Source: the human T2T-CHM13v2.0 reference genome, Homo sapiens | Length of the DNA stretch: 64,000 bases | Assembly (NCBI RefSeq): GCF_009914755.1 | Contig: NC_060929.1 | Direction: 5' to 3' (one strand) | Part shown: positions 49,027 to 64,000 of the stretch, one piece after another | How the letters are laid out: every line of letters starts with the position of its first letter | How positions within the stretch are numbered: the first letter of the stretch is position 1 | Notes under the pieces: model-generated | Databases searched by the model: none | What the model was told of the DNA's origin: nothing | What the model saw: only the letters and a program-made list of their open reading frames with translations | Program-made: the position numbers and the translations under genes

Positions 49027-52000
49027 TGGGAAGGTGTTCATTCTTGGATAATGAGCATTCATGAGGGGGCCTGAGAAGGAAGGTTGGCGTGGTGAAGGGT
49101 GAGTCACCAGAGTGACTTGGCTGAGTAGGACTCCTGACACCTGAGAGCCCGGGTGTGTCTCCAGGACATGCAGAGCAGAGAGGTGGCAGAGGCCACAGCC
49201 ACATTTGAGAGCCCAGACAGGCCCAACAAGGACAGCCCACCTGCTGGCCTCAGGCCAACCTGTGACTTCAGAGCTGGTCCCTGGGCACCCCCTGCCTCTG
49301 CCCCAGAGTTCTGGGAACCCTGAGGCCAGAACAGGAGAGGGACTCAGGCTGGGACCTTGGCATGTGGTGGGATTTGGCCAGACAATGAGGGGAGGAGAAG
49401 GAGTGGACAGGCAATCCCAGTGGCAGCCTGTGTACAGGGCAGCCGGGAGGCGTGCAGCCCCGCTGGAGCAGACGGTGCCTGTGGGGTGCCAGCAAGCGAC
49501 AGGGCTGTGACCACATCTCTGAGCTGGGGAGTGACAGGCAGTGAGCAGTGTTTAAGGAAGATTAATCTGGCAGCCCATGGAGGATGGATGGGAGCAGGGA
49601 GAGGCTGGAGGCAAGGAGACCAGCCGGGAGGCTGCCGTGGTCATCCAGGCAAGAAATGACGAGGCGTCCCTCCCTGATGGCGGGCAGACAGCAGGGATGG
49701 AGTAAGAGAGATGGATGTGGGAGACGCTGCAAAGGGGGAGATGTTGCATCTGGATGCTGCATGTGGGGGGGCGAGGGAGGGGGAGGAGGCAAACATGATT
49801 CAGAGCTCTGGAGCCTGGGGAAGTGATGTCAGAAACAGAAAATAGATGGGGAGCTGGGTTGGGGGAGAAGCTGAAAGAGCAAGAGGCTCCGCCCAGGGAG
49901 CTCCACCCTGCCAGGCTATGTGCAGAGTGTGGACAGGGCGCCTGGGTCACAAGCAACAGAAACTGGCTCTGGTCACGTGAAGCCAAGGGAGCGGAACAGC
50001 GTTTCCGGGTCAGGCAGGCACTGGGGGCGAAGGGCAGACTTAAAGCCAGCCGTGGCCCAGGAGAGACGTCCAACAGGTCCTGGTGGTGCTGGGGCCATCC
50101 GGTTTCCTTTAGGGCACTGAAAGCCGTCCGGGAAAGGTGGATTTACTTGGTTCTGTGAAGCCCTACGGGGTAGGTCGGTATCAGCAGGGAGAGACACAGG
50201 GAGGCTGAGGGAGACCCTCCCAGCAAGCAGAGGCTCGGAGGTCTGGGCACGATGAGAGCCTCCACAGGGGGGCTCTATGGGACAGTCAGGGAGACCCTGG
50301 ACAGGGGCAGGTGGCCTCGGTGAGTCTCGGTGGGAAAAGGGAAAGGACGGCTGGATACTGACTTGGACTCCTCTCAGCTCCACCCTATTTGGTCTTGAGA
50401 AGTTTCTTACCCTTTGAGAACTGAGCTTTCTGGACGGATGGCTCCATCTCGAGGGGGTTGGTAGTTTCTCTGCCGCCCATTGTTTTAACTGCTGAAATAC
50501 TTTCTCAGGGCACAGCACCTCCACCCTCCTTTGGCGACCTCCCGCCATGGGGCCCTGGTGGGACTGTCAGTTATGAGAACCCAGCCTCTCCCTGGAGAAA
50601 GCACCTGTCCCAGCTGGCGAATGGTCCCGGAGATCCTGGGCACATGATTGGGCCAGGCTGGCCACATGGCCTGGGTTGAGCCAGTCAGGATCCTTGCCAG
50701 GGCTTCTCCCGCCTGGAGGCGGAGGTGCGGCCCCGATGCCTCCCGGGTTGGAGGCAGCAATGATGCAGGTTCCGACACTGGCCCAGGACTATTTCCCCCA
50801 TGTGTGGAAAGCGGCCGTGGGGCTGAGGCGGGTGAGGCCAGCGCACAGGGAGATCAGGGACAAGCGGAGGGAGGAGGCTGTCCCAGTGGCCCCGAGGCCC
50901 TGAGGCTCTGGTCCCTGCAGCTTTTCTCAGTCATGTGAGCTGCTGTTAACAGCCTTCCTGGCCCTAGATCCACAAACTTCCCGCTTTAACGCCCGTGTGA
51001 GTTGGGTTTCTGTGTCCTGCACCTGAAAGGGGCCTGACCGAGGATCTTAGGAGAAAGATGATGATGTGAGCAAAGCGCCCACCCAGAGGTAGCAAGGTGG
51101 CAGCAGGCAGGGCATTTAGCCCCCACGCGGCAGATAGAACATTCTAAAAAAAAAAGAGAGAAAGAGAGAGAATTCACATAAAAATCCAAATGTCAGGCTT
51201 CTCTTGAAAAAGCAAAAGATCTGGGCTGGGCCCAGCAAGCCCATTTTCCTGGGTGGCTGGGGCTGGAACCTGGATGCCACTTTGGCAGATGAACACCCCC
51301 TACTGCTAGGTGCCTCCATGCCCATGCACCCCCAGTGCCTGTGCACTCCCTGCCCTGTGCACCCCCACCACCTGTGTGCCCCCTGCTCTGTGTACCCCCT
51401 ACCTTGTGTACTCTCTGTCCCAGGCACTCTCACCACTCCGTATCCCCCACCCCATGCACCCCCAGTGCCTGCGCACTGCCCTCTCTTTGCCACTCACCCC
51501 CGCTCCCGTGCACACCAAGGCTGCGTCTCCCCACCCTGTGCACAGTGCTTGGTGGGTGTCAGGTACTGAGGCCATGGGCAGGGCCATCCCTCTCCTTCCC
51601 TCCCTCCCAGCTCTTGGAGTCTGCATTTGGGGCCTTAGATTTCGCCTGTTCAGTTTGAAGTGGTGGAGGATAGTCAGGTGGAAACATCTAAAAGATAATT
51701 GGAAACTGGGAGTGGCACTTTCAGATGCAATAAGGGTGGGAAGTGGAGTTGAGAGACCCTTTCATAAGGAGCTGATCACCGACATGCATGAGCTCGAATC
51801 CCATTCAAAGAGGATGATTAGGGAATGGCCATGGCTGGGGTGGAAAGGAGGATTCAGGGGACAATTTTGAGGAAGCCAAAAGGGGGCCCGGGAGAGAGCA
51901 GTAGGGGCCCAGGAGTGTGTGTAAGGTTTTGAGCAGGAGGGGAGGCAGCCTTGAGGAAGGCTTTGGCGAAGGACCCGCCGATGAGGCCTGGAGGACACGC

Positions 52001-53155
52001 TGGGAGGAGGCAGGGAGAGCGGCCGGAGGACGCTGTGCTCAGAAGCAGCAGGAGTGAACTGGGACAGTGTGAACAGTGTAGACAGACAGGACACAGAGGC
52101 CATTTGGAATCTGCAAAGCATGGAAGGATACCAGGTAGAAAAGGCACAGGATGCAGTGAAGGTTTCAGGGAGAAACTTGGGAAAGGGGGGCGAGGGCAGG
52201 ACAAGCATACTTGCTGAGCACTGGCGATGTACTTGCACGAAAGCTCTCGATGGGTAGCTCAGAGGTGAGTGACGTGCCCACATCCCACAGCTACCATGGC
52301 AGAGCTAGGTGCCAGCCCCAGCTCCATGGCAGCAAAATGGGCAGAAGGTCCAGAGCCTCATAAAGCTTTTAAGAGAAGCAGAGGGGATGGGCTGAGGGAC
52401 AAAGCTAGGTGACAATGGCACCTGAGCCATTAAATAAACATTTATTGAGCACCTGCTGGCGCCAGGCCCGGCGTCAGGTGCCACAGATGAGCATGAGGGC
52501 CGTGTGACCATGAGGGAGCTGGAAGCAGGGGCATGCTGGGTAGCCAGTGAGACAGGACAGTCCTGGAAGAGGTGACACTTGAACTGAGACCTGAATGACA
52601 GAAGGAGCAGGCTGCGGGTGCAGCAAAGGGCCTACTCTGGTCTGGTCACAGGGAATGTGGAGCTGGGTGAGGAGAGGTGTGATGACTTGTGTCTGTGTTC
52701 ATTTATACATGCATAGAAGCCACCTCTGCTTCCAGAGACGCACAGCAGGAGGGGCTGAGGGCACATTTGCTAGGGTTAGCTGGTCGGAGGGGGCCTGGCT
52801 CCCAGACCTGCTCTGCTGCTACAGCACAAGCCCAGGCCAGATACACTCTTCTGCCCCATCTATGAAATGGGATGAATGACTGGGCCTGGGCTATCATGGA
52901 GCGGATCCTGAGGCCTGGGACAGGGGCAAGGGTAGAAGCCATGGGAGGGCGCAGGGAGCAGGCCAGGCAGGCTACTTCCACCCTTCGCAGGCCTCAGCAA
53001 CCCCAGGATCAAACAGTAACTGATAAAATGAGCTTAGTCCAACCGATGAAGTTGGACTTTGATGCATATATATTTTTTCTTTCCATTTTTTTAATTCTTC
53101 TTTGCCATTTTTTAATCAAGGTGAAATTCACGTAACATAAAATTAACCGTTTTAA

Positions 53156-53525
<370 letters not shown>

Positions 53526-53705
53526 CAAACATTTTCATCAGAACAAAGGAGACCCCATTAAGCAGTCACTCCCCATTCTCCCCTTGCCCCAGCCCCTGGC
53601 AAACAGCAACTTGCTTTCTGTCTCTACGGACTTGTCTATTATGATATTTCATGTAAATGGAATCATGTAATTTGTGGTCCTCTGTGCCTGGCCTCTTTCG
53701 CTTAG

Positions 53706-54092
<387 letters not shown>

Positions 54093-55356
54093 TAATATTT
54101 CATTGTATGGATGGACCACATTTGGTTTATCCATTCACCCATTGGTAGACATTTGGGTCGTTTCTACCTTTTGGCGACTGAATAAGCTGTTTTGAACATT
54201 TGGGTACAAGTATCTGTTTAAAGACCTGTTTTCAGTTCTGTTGGGCATACACCTAGGAGTGGAATTGCTGGGTCATACGGTAACTATGTTGAACTTCCTG
54301 AGGAACTGCCAAACTATTTTCCTTAACAACTGCACCATTTTACATTCTCACTAGCAATAACGAGGGTTCCAGTTTCTCCATGTCCTGATTCTTATATTTG
54401 AAGTGTTAAATTCTTGCAAACATTTTTCTCATGTCTTGGTGCTCCTGCTTTGCTGGTGCCTGAATCTGTGCGTGGCCACCAGGTTAGCCTGGTGTAGGTC
54501 TCGTGGTTCAAGATTGGCAACAGAGGACCGGAGAGGAGACCAAGCAGCTGGGAGCCCCCAGAGGTGCAGCTAGCTGTAGGGTCAGAGCGAGTCTGGGCCT
54601 CTCTCAGCCCTCTCGGACCCTGTGGACCCTGTTTCCCTCTGCAAGCCCCCTTTTGTCCTCCTTCCCCCTCCTCCACACCCACCCCCAGCCAGGAGCTGCC
54701 CTCTCTGCCCCTCTGTGCTGCCGTTTTGTGTGTGTGTCTCGTCACCAGGATAAATGCGGCTACAAACAATGCGGCAGGCTGGGTGCTAATTTGTCAGACG
54801 CAGTGCGCGGCTGTGATTCCGAATACATTAACATTTTCACATGAAATCATTTCAATTTTTAGTGATTAAGAGGTATTTGTTTTAAAGCATCAGGGTGATT
54901 TGCTGCAGACCTGGGGGGCAGTGGGGGTGAGGGAGCCCCGAGTGTGATGTCACTCATGGCATCAGTGTGGGGAGTCACCACTCCACACCCACCTGTGCCC
55001 ACCCTGCGCTTCCTGGGCATGGGGCTGGAGGTGGCAGGACCAGGGAGTAGGAATCAGGGGACCCAAGAGTCCCTTGAGGGCACGGAGGCCCAGAAGCCTC
55101 AGCCCCCCCATCTTCCCCTGGCTTCCCTGGGTTGTTTGGCCTCACTCAAATATCGCCTCCTCAGCGAGGTTCCCCCTGGGCCTCCAACCTCAAGTAGCAG
55201 CCTGTCACTCTCTGCTTTAGCTTCTTCATGGCATTTATCCACATTGGAGATGACTTTCTTGACTTACTTACTTGTTTATGTTCTGTACCACCCCCAGTTA
55301 AAACACACGCTTCTTGAGGGCAGGGACTATGGCCTGCTCATGCTCACTGCTCGTTC

Positions 55357-56226
55357 ATGGATGGATGGATGGGTGATTGGATGGCTGGGTGGATGGGTGG
55401 ATGGGTGGATGGGTGGAGGTATGAAAGATGGATGGGGGCTGGGCGCGGTGGCTCATGCCTGTAATTCCAGCACTTTGGGAGGCCGAGGTGGGCGGACCAC
55501 AAGGTCAAGAGTTCGAGACCAGCCTGACCAACATGGTAAAACCCCATCTCTACTAAAAATACAAAAATTAGACAGGTGTGGTGGTGCGCCTGTAATTCCA
55601 GCCACTCAGGAGGCTGAGGCAGGAGAATCAATTGAACTGAACCTGGGAGGCTGACATTGCAGTGAGCAGAGATCGCGCTGCTGCACTCCAGCCTGGGCAA
55701 CAGAGCGAGACTCCATCTCAAAAAAAAAAAAAAAAGAAAGAAAGATGGATGGATGGATGGATGGATGGATGGATGGATGGGTGGATGTATGAAAGATGGA
55801 TGGATGGATGGATGGGTGGATGGATGGGTGGCTGGATGGATGGATGGATGGATAAAGTGGGTGGATGGGTGGATGGATGTATGAAATATGGATGGATGGA
55901 TGGATGGATGGATGGATGGATGGATGGATAAAGTGGGTGGATGGGTGGATGGATGGGTGGATGTATGAAAGATGAATGGATGGATGGATGGATGGATGGA
56001 TGGATAAAGTGGGTGGATGGTTGGGTGGGTGGGTGGATGGTTGGGTGGGTGGATGGATGGATAAAGTGGGTGGATGGGTGGATGGATGGGTGGTTGGATG
56101 GATGGGTGGACGTATGAAAGATGGATGGATGGATGGATGGATAAAGTAGGTGGATGGATGGGTGGGTGGATGGGTGGGAGGTGGATGGATGGGTAGATAG
56201 ACAAGTAGATATATGGATGGATGGAT
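55357..56226. repeat. (GGAT/GGGT)n repeat with higher-order units, split by an Alu
   Basis: TGGA tetramers punctuated by recurring GTATGAAA and GATAAAGT markers. Confidence 0.92.
55437..55740 (+). mobile_element. Alu (S-type) inserted in the GGAT repeat
   Basis: Full Alu; GAAAGATGGATGG on both sides. Confidence 0.92.
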
Positions 56227-56304
56227 CAATGGGAGGGAAGGTGGATGATTGTTCACGGGGCACAGAAGACTCCTTTGCCATATTGGGCATCCTATCATCC
56301 CTGA

Positions 56305-56663
<359 letters not shown>

Positions 56664-56929
56664 GTCACAAAACTTTTACTCTTTAAAGCCTGTCCCTGTC
56701 ACCTTCCTCTCTGGGTGCCATGAGAACCGCTCTAAGGGGCTCCCTAGGCCTTCAGACAGACCACCTCCGCCAGGTCTCAGCTGTTGCCAGTCGTCTTGGC
56801 TGGGGACCCTCTACTCCCTTCCCAGGAGCTCCCAAGCAGGGTGGCCCTCTCCAGAGCAGCTCACAGTGCGCTAAAGCCTGGGCTGGAGGATGTGCCTCCA
56901 TGGGGCATGGGTGCGGTGTGCGCCTGCTT

Positions 56930-57560
56930 GTATGCTGGCATGTGTGTGTGTGTTGTGCGTGTGTGTGCTGGTGTGTGTGTGCCAGTGCGTGTGTGTGCTG
57001 CTGTGTGCTGGCATGTGTGTGTGTGTTGTGCGTGTGTGTGTGCTGGTGTGTGTGTGCCGGCGTATGTGTGTGCTGCTGTGTGCTGGCATGTGTGTGTGTG
57101 GGTGTTGGTGTGTGTGCATGTGCATGTGTCCTGGTGTGTGTGTGTGTGCGCGCGTGCTGGTGTGTGCATGCTGGTGTGTGTGTGCGCTGGCGTGTGTGTG
57201 TGTGTGCTGGCGTGTGCATTCGTGTGTGTGTGCTGGTGTGTGTGGGAGTGTGTGCTGGCATGTGTGTGCACTGGCGCGTGTGTGTGCTGGCATGTATGTG
57301 TGGGTGTGGGTGTGCTGGTGTGTGTGCGCTGGCGTGTGTGTAGGTGTGTGTGTACTGGCGTGTGTGTGCTGGCATGTGTGTGTGCGTGTGTGTGCGCTGG
57401 CATGTATGTGCTGGCATGTGTGTGTGCTGGCGTGTGTGTGTGCGCTGGTGTGTGTGTGGGTGTATGTGCTGGCGTGTATGTGCCGGCGTGTGTGTGGGTG
57501 TGTGTGTGCTGGCCTGTGTGTATGTGCCGGCGTGTGTGTGTGCTGGTGTGTGTGTGTGTG
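56930..57560. repeat. TG-rich minisatellite with a TGCTGG(C/T) core
   Basis: GTGTGTGCTGGCATGTGTG-type units of variable length. Confidence 0.92.
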
Positions 57561-58425
57561 AGATGGGAGGTGATCAGGCCTTTGCCCAGTTCCTGCAGCC
57601 TCGCTCTGTGGTGGCCACACAGAAGCCCGTTCCTCATCCTTCTGTTGCCCCACCCCCCACCTCCGTGCCTCGGGTCAAACCCCTCCCTCACCTACCCCAG
57701 TGAAAGGAAAATAACTAGAAGCTTTTATCGTTCTGCAGAAGCAACATCAGAAAACAATTATTGTTTTAATTACCTGCTGTCGCCATACAAGACAGGGAGG
57801 TTGTAAAGTGTGATAAAATCTTTCATGTTAATGGACTGCCAGCCCGGGCCAGGGCTCGATTTATGGGGCTGCAGCTGGTAACTCCAGGCAGCTGTATGGA
57901 ACCCCCAGGGCCCCTCTCCCTGTCCCTGGGGCCAGGGCTCCAATGCCAGGGACCTGGCACCCCTTTTGTTCGTCACATTTTACCCAACACAGCGGGGATA
58001 CTGGCCTTCTCTGCGCAGGAATGCTCAAGGCCAGCACGCATCCAGGTGTGACCTGGGGGCTCCATTCCTTAGGAAGGCAAGCCTTGGGCTGGCCCCTCTT
58101 TCTGCCCCATGGAAGGGGCCTAGCCGTGGGCTGGGCTGGTTTTCCCTGACAGGCCCTCTCGCCACCACTCGGCTCTGCTGTGCACCACCTTGGACCCTCC
58201 TGCAGTGCCCAGAGCGGGGCTTCCCCATAAGCACAGTGACCTCACACCTGTCTCCTCGTCTCCTGCCCACCTCCACCTCCCAGAGCTGACCCCTGGCCGC
58301 TGCTTCCTGACTGAAGTCCTCATCTGTCTGCTCTCAACCCACCCATCCCCACTGCTGTACCCACCATCTTCCCAAAGCCCACTCAAGCTGGTCCCTCCTC
58401 AGGTACCAACCTTATTTTCTCCTAA

Positions 58426-58833
<408 letters not shown>

Positions 58834-59703
58834 TAAATGAGCTGTGGAGAAGTCAGGTGTTTGGCTGGCAGTCTGATTTCACAGGGCTGGAGTGAGGACT
58901 TAATGGGGTGACAGTTGTGAAATGCTTAGGACAATGGCAGGAGCAAAGTCCACGCCTGATCCAAGCTAGCTCTCGTAGTAATTCTTTTTGCTTCTATTGC
59001 TGTTCACCCTGGAGCAAGTCACTTATCTGCTTGAATCATGCCTCACTTTCCACATCTGAAGGATGGGGACAGCAGTCACCTAGCCTCTAGGATGAGAGGA
59101 TCAGAGAAGGCCCTGTGTGGTGTGTGGTGAGAACACAGGACCCCTCAGCTGCCGCTGCTGCTATGACCATGTAATGGTGGAGGAAGCTCAGGTTGGGAAG
59201 CTAAGTTGGGTCCACCTTATACAAGGCCCTTCATGGCACACCAAGGGGTGTTGAGCCATTCTAGGGATGGTAGGGAGCTGCTGAAGATTTTCAATCAGGA
59301 AAGCAGTGGACTCAGATCTGAGTTTTAGAAGGATGGCAGTGGCAAGCTGAAGCTGGTTGGGCAAGAGGGAGCCGTTGGTACTCGAGTGATCTCCAAATGA
59401 GGACTCCAGATGATCTCCAGATGAGTCCTCCAAATGAGGACTGACGAGGCCATGACAGGCAGAGGTGGAGGCAGGGACAGAACTGGATGGCCAGGGCTTG
59501 GTCAGCCCTTGGGCAGAGGAGGAACGAAAGGAGGCTCATGCCTTCTTAAATCCTCCATTCCCTCCCCAGTGCCACACACAGGACTGGCACGTGTGGTAGC
59601 CACTCTCAAACCCAGGATGCAGGTAGCTGGCCAAGGTCAGGAAACAGCAAGACCCTCTCAGGCCGAGGCCAAGTTGGAGTTGAGAGGAACCCAACTCAGA
59701 ATC

Positions 59704-60564
<861 letters not shown>

Positions 60565-61223
60565 CAGTCACACAGCCTCTTATTCTCTCATTCATCAACT
60601 TAGGTCTTCAGTAAATGTTTGTGGAGTGCCGCATCTGTGCTGGGCTCTAAGCTGGCACTGGGGAGGTGGAGCACCGCGGAGCTGTGTGTGTGACCTCCAG
60701 GAGCTGATACTCCAGTGGAGGGGATGCAGTGCACCAGTGAACCAATGAAGAAATTAAATAATTACACACTGCCGGGAGTATGGAAGAGAACAAAGGAGCT
60801 GAGACAGGGCCCCCTGCCCGTCCCTGTCCTGTCTGCACAGGAGAAGTGGCTCCCAGTTCCCCAGCCCTACCGAGATGCATGGTTGGCATTAGCCGCCCAG
60901 CTGGACCGATCTGTCTCCCTGTCTTCCCGGGATTACTTCCCCCATTTTGGCCATCACTTCTGAACTCTAATTTATTCCCCAGGGCCCAGGAGGGGCCATT
61001 CATTTAAAGAGTTTTCTATGGAGCATTCTCCTGTGAGGACCCTAAGGGGAAGAAAAATGCCAGGAAAGGACGAAAAAGAGAATAAGAGGGATCTGGTTTC
61101 AGAACTCCCAGGCAGCAGGACAGATGTGGAAGGAGCAGGGCTCTGTTTGCCGAGAGACATATTTACCTAGTGGCACAAGTGCCCTCCTACCTCCCTCTAC
61201 TCTCTGCAGGTTCCCACGTCCCG

Positions 61224-61225
<2 letters not shown>

Positions 61226-61279
<54 letters not shown>

Positions 61280-61332
61280 GTCTCTCTCTCCCTCCTCTCC
61301 CTCTCCCTCTCCCTCTCTCTCTCCCTTTCCCT
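61226..61332. repeat. (CT)n / polypyrimidine tract
   Basis: Read directly from the sequence. Confidence 0.93.
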
Positions 61333-62295
61333 GGGTCGCTGCAGGAGTCTGAGCCTGCCCCACCTCCCAGGGAGAAGCTGTCTCCTGGTGCTAGGAGATG
61401 GTGTCCCTGATTACAACTCAATCTGCCACTGTCCCTCTCCCTTCCCTCCCAGTTCTTAGAGGAGCAACGTGTGCACTGTCGGCTCCTGCAGGGACCAGCC
61501 TCACTCTTCTTATCCCCATAGCTGGGCCAGAGGAGCTGGCAGGCTGGGCCCATCCTGTGCCAGGTGGCTGTGGGAGACACATGCCTGAGTGCAGCCACAA
61601 GCTCCATGAAAGCATTCAGAAACTCCTGGCACTGTGGGCAACCCCTGCACTCTGCAGGCAGCGAGGCCAGGGAGAGAGGTGGCCTCAGGGTGGCTTCTTA
61701 AAGTGCCATGTGTTCTCACATCCCATCAGCCTGGGAATGGGGCCTCCGGCCAGGGGCTGGCTTGTACACCTGGAGGTGAACATTGGCACTGGTGTGACTG
61801 AGGAGATATATGCCCATGGGTGAAGGTGACCTTCCTGCAGGCTCGGAAAGCAGGCCCTGGGGGCTCAGGGCCACCTGCCAGGCCTGCCTCTGTCTAAGTC
61901 TGAACAGAGGCCGCTTGCCCAGTCCAGTGTGTGTGTCTCCCAGGAAGGTTCCCAGAGGGGGCCTGCCTGTGGCTGGGAGAAATCCCCATCCCAGATTCTG
62001 TAACCATCCTGTCCAAATTTCAGGAAATTCCCTGATTCCTTCCCAACAGTTCCAGATGCTCCAGAGCCTCCGACTCATCGCTCCCTGTGCTGGCATTTTC
62101 CTGCCTGGCTCCGGCCCCTTCCCGCCTGTCAAACACATGAAACCAATGGGCCCTTCAAAGGGTAGCTCCAAATCCCTCCCCAGCGTGCAGGTGTGCCAGT
62201 GAGGAAGAAGTGTGGGCGTGGGTGTGAACTCTTGTGCACCTGAGCATGAGTGTAGAGGTACCAGCATCTGTGCAAATGGATGCCTTTGATAAAGG

Positions 62296-62296
<1 letters not shown>

Positions 62297-62333
<37 letters not shown>
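62297..62333. repeat. (TG)n microsatellite
   Basis: Read directly from the sequence. Confidence 0.95.
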
Positions 62334-62335
<2 letters not shown>

Positions 62336-64000
62336 TGAAATGATGTGCACATCCTAAGTATTCTGGGGTGTAGGTCTCCTGTCTAAGTGTCTTAACAGAT
62401 TCATCTGGAATTTGAAGCAACTGTTTTCTCATTGATAAGGAGCTGACAAAGAAATGAAACAAAAGGCCTGGATGAATAAACAGTCTTCTGGATAGAGAAG
62501 TGGAAGATGTGAGCTCAGGCAAGAATTGGAGCTAATCTTTTTTAACATTTAAATAAAAGATCTGGAAGAGGATGTGTATAGTGAAATCACCAAGTTTGCA
62601 GTTAAATCGAAACTCTCCTGGGTGGTAGTAAAATGCCAGACTGGTGAGGGATGAGCTTTAGGAAGATCTTATCTAGAAAGGCAGTGAGCTGGACAGAGAA
62701 TGGCCAGCAGGCTTTAGTTTGGGGAGAATGATATGGACGAAGTCTGGGGGAAGGCAGCTTTCCTAAGGCAGGGCCCAGGAGGGCAACAGCAGGCTGGACA
62801 TGATGCGAAGGGGAGATTGCAGCAAGCCATAGATGTTCTTCTCCCAACAGGTGAGTGAGGGATGCCAGTACCCAACCATCCAGCATGCTTGTGGTCACGC
62901 CTCCTCAGGGGAGCCCAGCCCGAGATGGGGCAGAACTGGATTGTATTACAGACTTATATGATCTGCATAATTCATTTCCCTCAATTTGCACATCTGTGAA
63001 ATGGAAGTAGCGATCCCTGGGGGCCTGCTCCACAGGGGAGCGACAGCAGCTGAGATCTCACAGAGACGACAGTGTGTAGGCACCTGTAAAGTTCAGTGCC
63101 ACCGTGAGTGGTTATGGAAAGAGTTGCGATGAGAAGGGAGCTGCCATAGAAAATCAGACTGGCCCACCTGGGACAGCCTCAATCAGAGAGAGGCCAAGAG
63201 GGAGTGTGGCAGAGATCTAGGAAATCAGAAAGGGCTCGGAGAAGGGAGCTTGGGCTCCTTCACTATGCCCCAGCCTGACAGAGCGAACCGCTCCCCCAGC
63301 CCCCAGCAAAGCTCAGGAGAGGTATGTTTAAAACCAATCACAGGAAATCCTGCTGCACTCAGCAGGGAATAAACTTTGAAAATCATTTCCCCTAGAGGTG
63401 ATACAGGCTGGAAATATAAATTGCTTCCAGAAAGGTTTAGATAAGTTCATGGATGGCAGAGCCAAACTAGTTCTTGGGCAAAATTAGAACGTTAGGAGGC
63501 ATCTTCCTCTCTGATGTCAGAGGAAGTCCCTGCCAGAGCCAGCGCACAGGCCAGACGGAACAACCTGATACCCCGTCTCTGTGTATGTGTGAGTCTGCAT
63601 TTAGGAACAACTTGTCCCTGTCTGACGAGGGTGCCTTCCCTCTCACCAGACTCACTGTGCCGTGAAATTGCCTTTCCTCCCTCCCCAGTCCCTCACCCCC
63701 ATTGCTGCTCCCATAGCCCCTTTAAACTCCATGCTGTGGAGTTCCCCAGCCCCACTCCCATACCTCACTCTCACAGTGCCAACTTCTGTCTCCAGCTTGC
63801 CCCTGCCATCTCATCTGCCATCACAGAGCAGCCACCCCTCCCTCTGTGTACTGTCTTCTAGCACAGGCACCTTGCCTGGCAGTGCCCATGAGCCGGTGAG
63901 GACAGGAGCCTCTTGCCAGGCCCTCCAGTGAATGCTGTTGGCTTGCAGCCTCTCTCTCCGGCTGACTTCCCAGAGCCCTACTCTGCCTGGCTGCTTCTCC

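Noticed and set aside
62342-62354. GATGTGCACATC palindrome sharing GTGCACATCC with the upstream VNTR core
   Set aside because: A single 10-12 bp match next to a (TG)n tract is plausible by chance.

Overview
Human or primate genomic DNA (Alu, L1, L2, MIR, MLT1 and DNA-transposon remnants, GC-rich). It carries the 5' end of the netrin receptor gene UNC5A on the + strand. A CpG-island promoter (~36.3-37.7 kb) leads into coding exon 1 (ATG 37339, signal peptide MAVRPGLWPALLGIVLAAWLRGS, GT donor at 37409). About 37 kb of upstream sequence and ~26.6 kb of intron 1 fill the rest; I did not find exon 2. No other credible protein-coding sequence is present, and the long ORFs in the track come from simple repeats, Alus and GC-rich DNA. 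The most notable signals are: (1) a ~700-bp fold-back palindrome at 12.75-13.44 kb whose two MIR-containing arms share derived sequence; (2) a two-unit VNTR with ~21 copies of an E-box-bearing core 9-10 kb upstream of UNC5A; (3) an Alu-tail-derived (GAAA)15-(GGAA)8-GGA-(GGAA)14 microsatellite ~4.7 kb upstream of the ATG; (4) two RE1/REST-like sites; (5) a strong-context uORF in the leader; (6) a second intronic CpG island and several homeodomain/SOX motif clusters; (7) composite Alus and paired local tandem duplications. I see no clearly new multi-gene system. Repeat subfamily names are recalled from consensus sequences, not from a RepeatMasker run.
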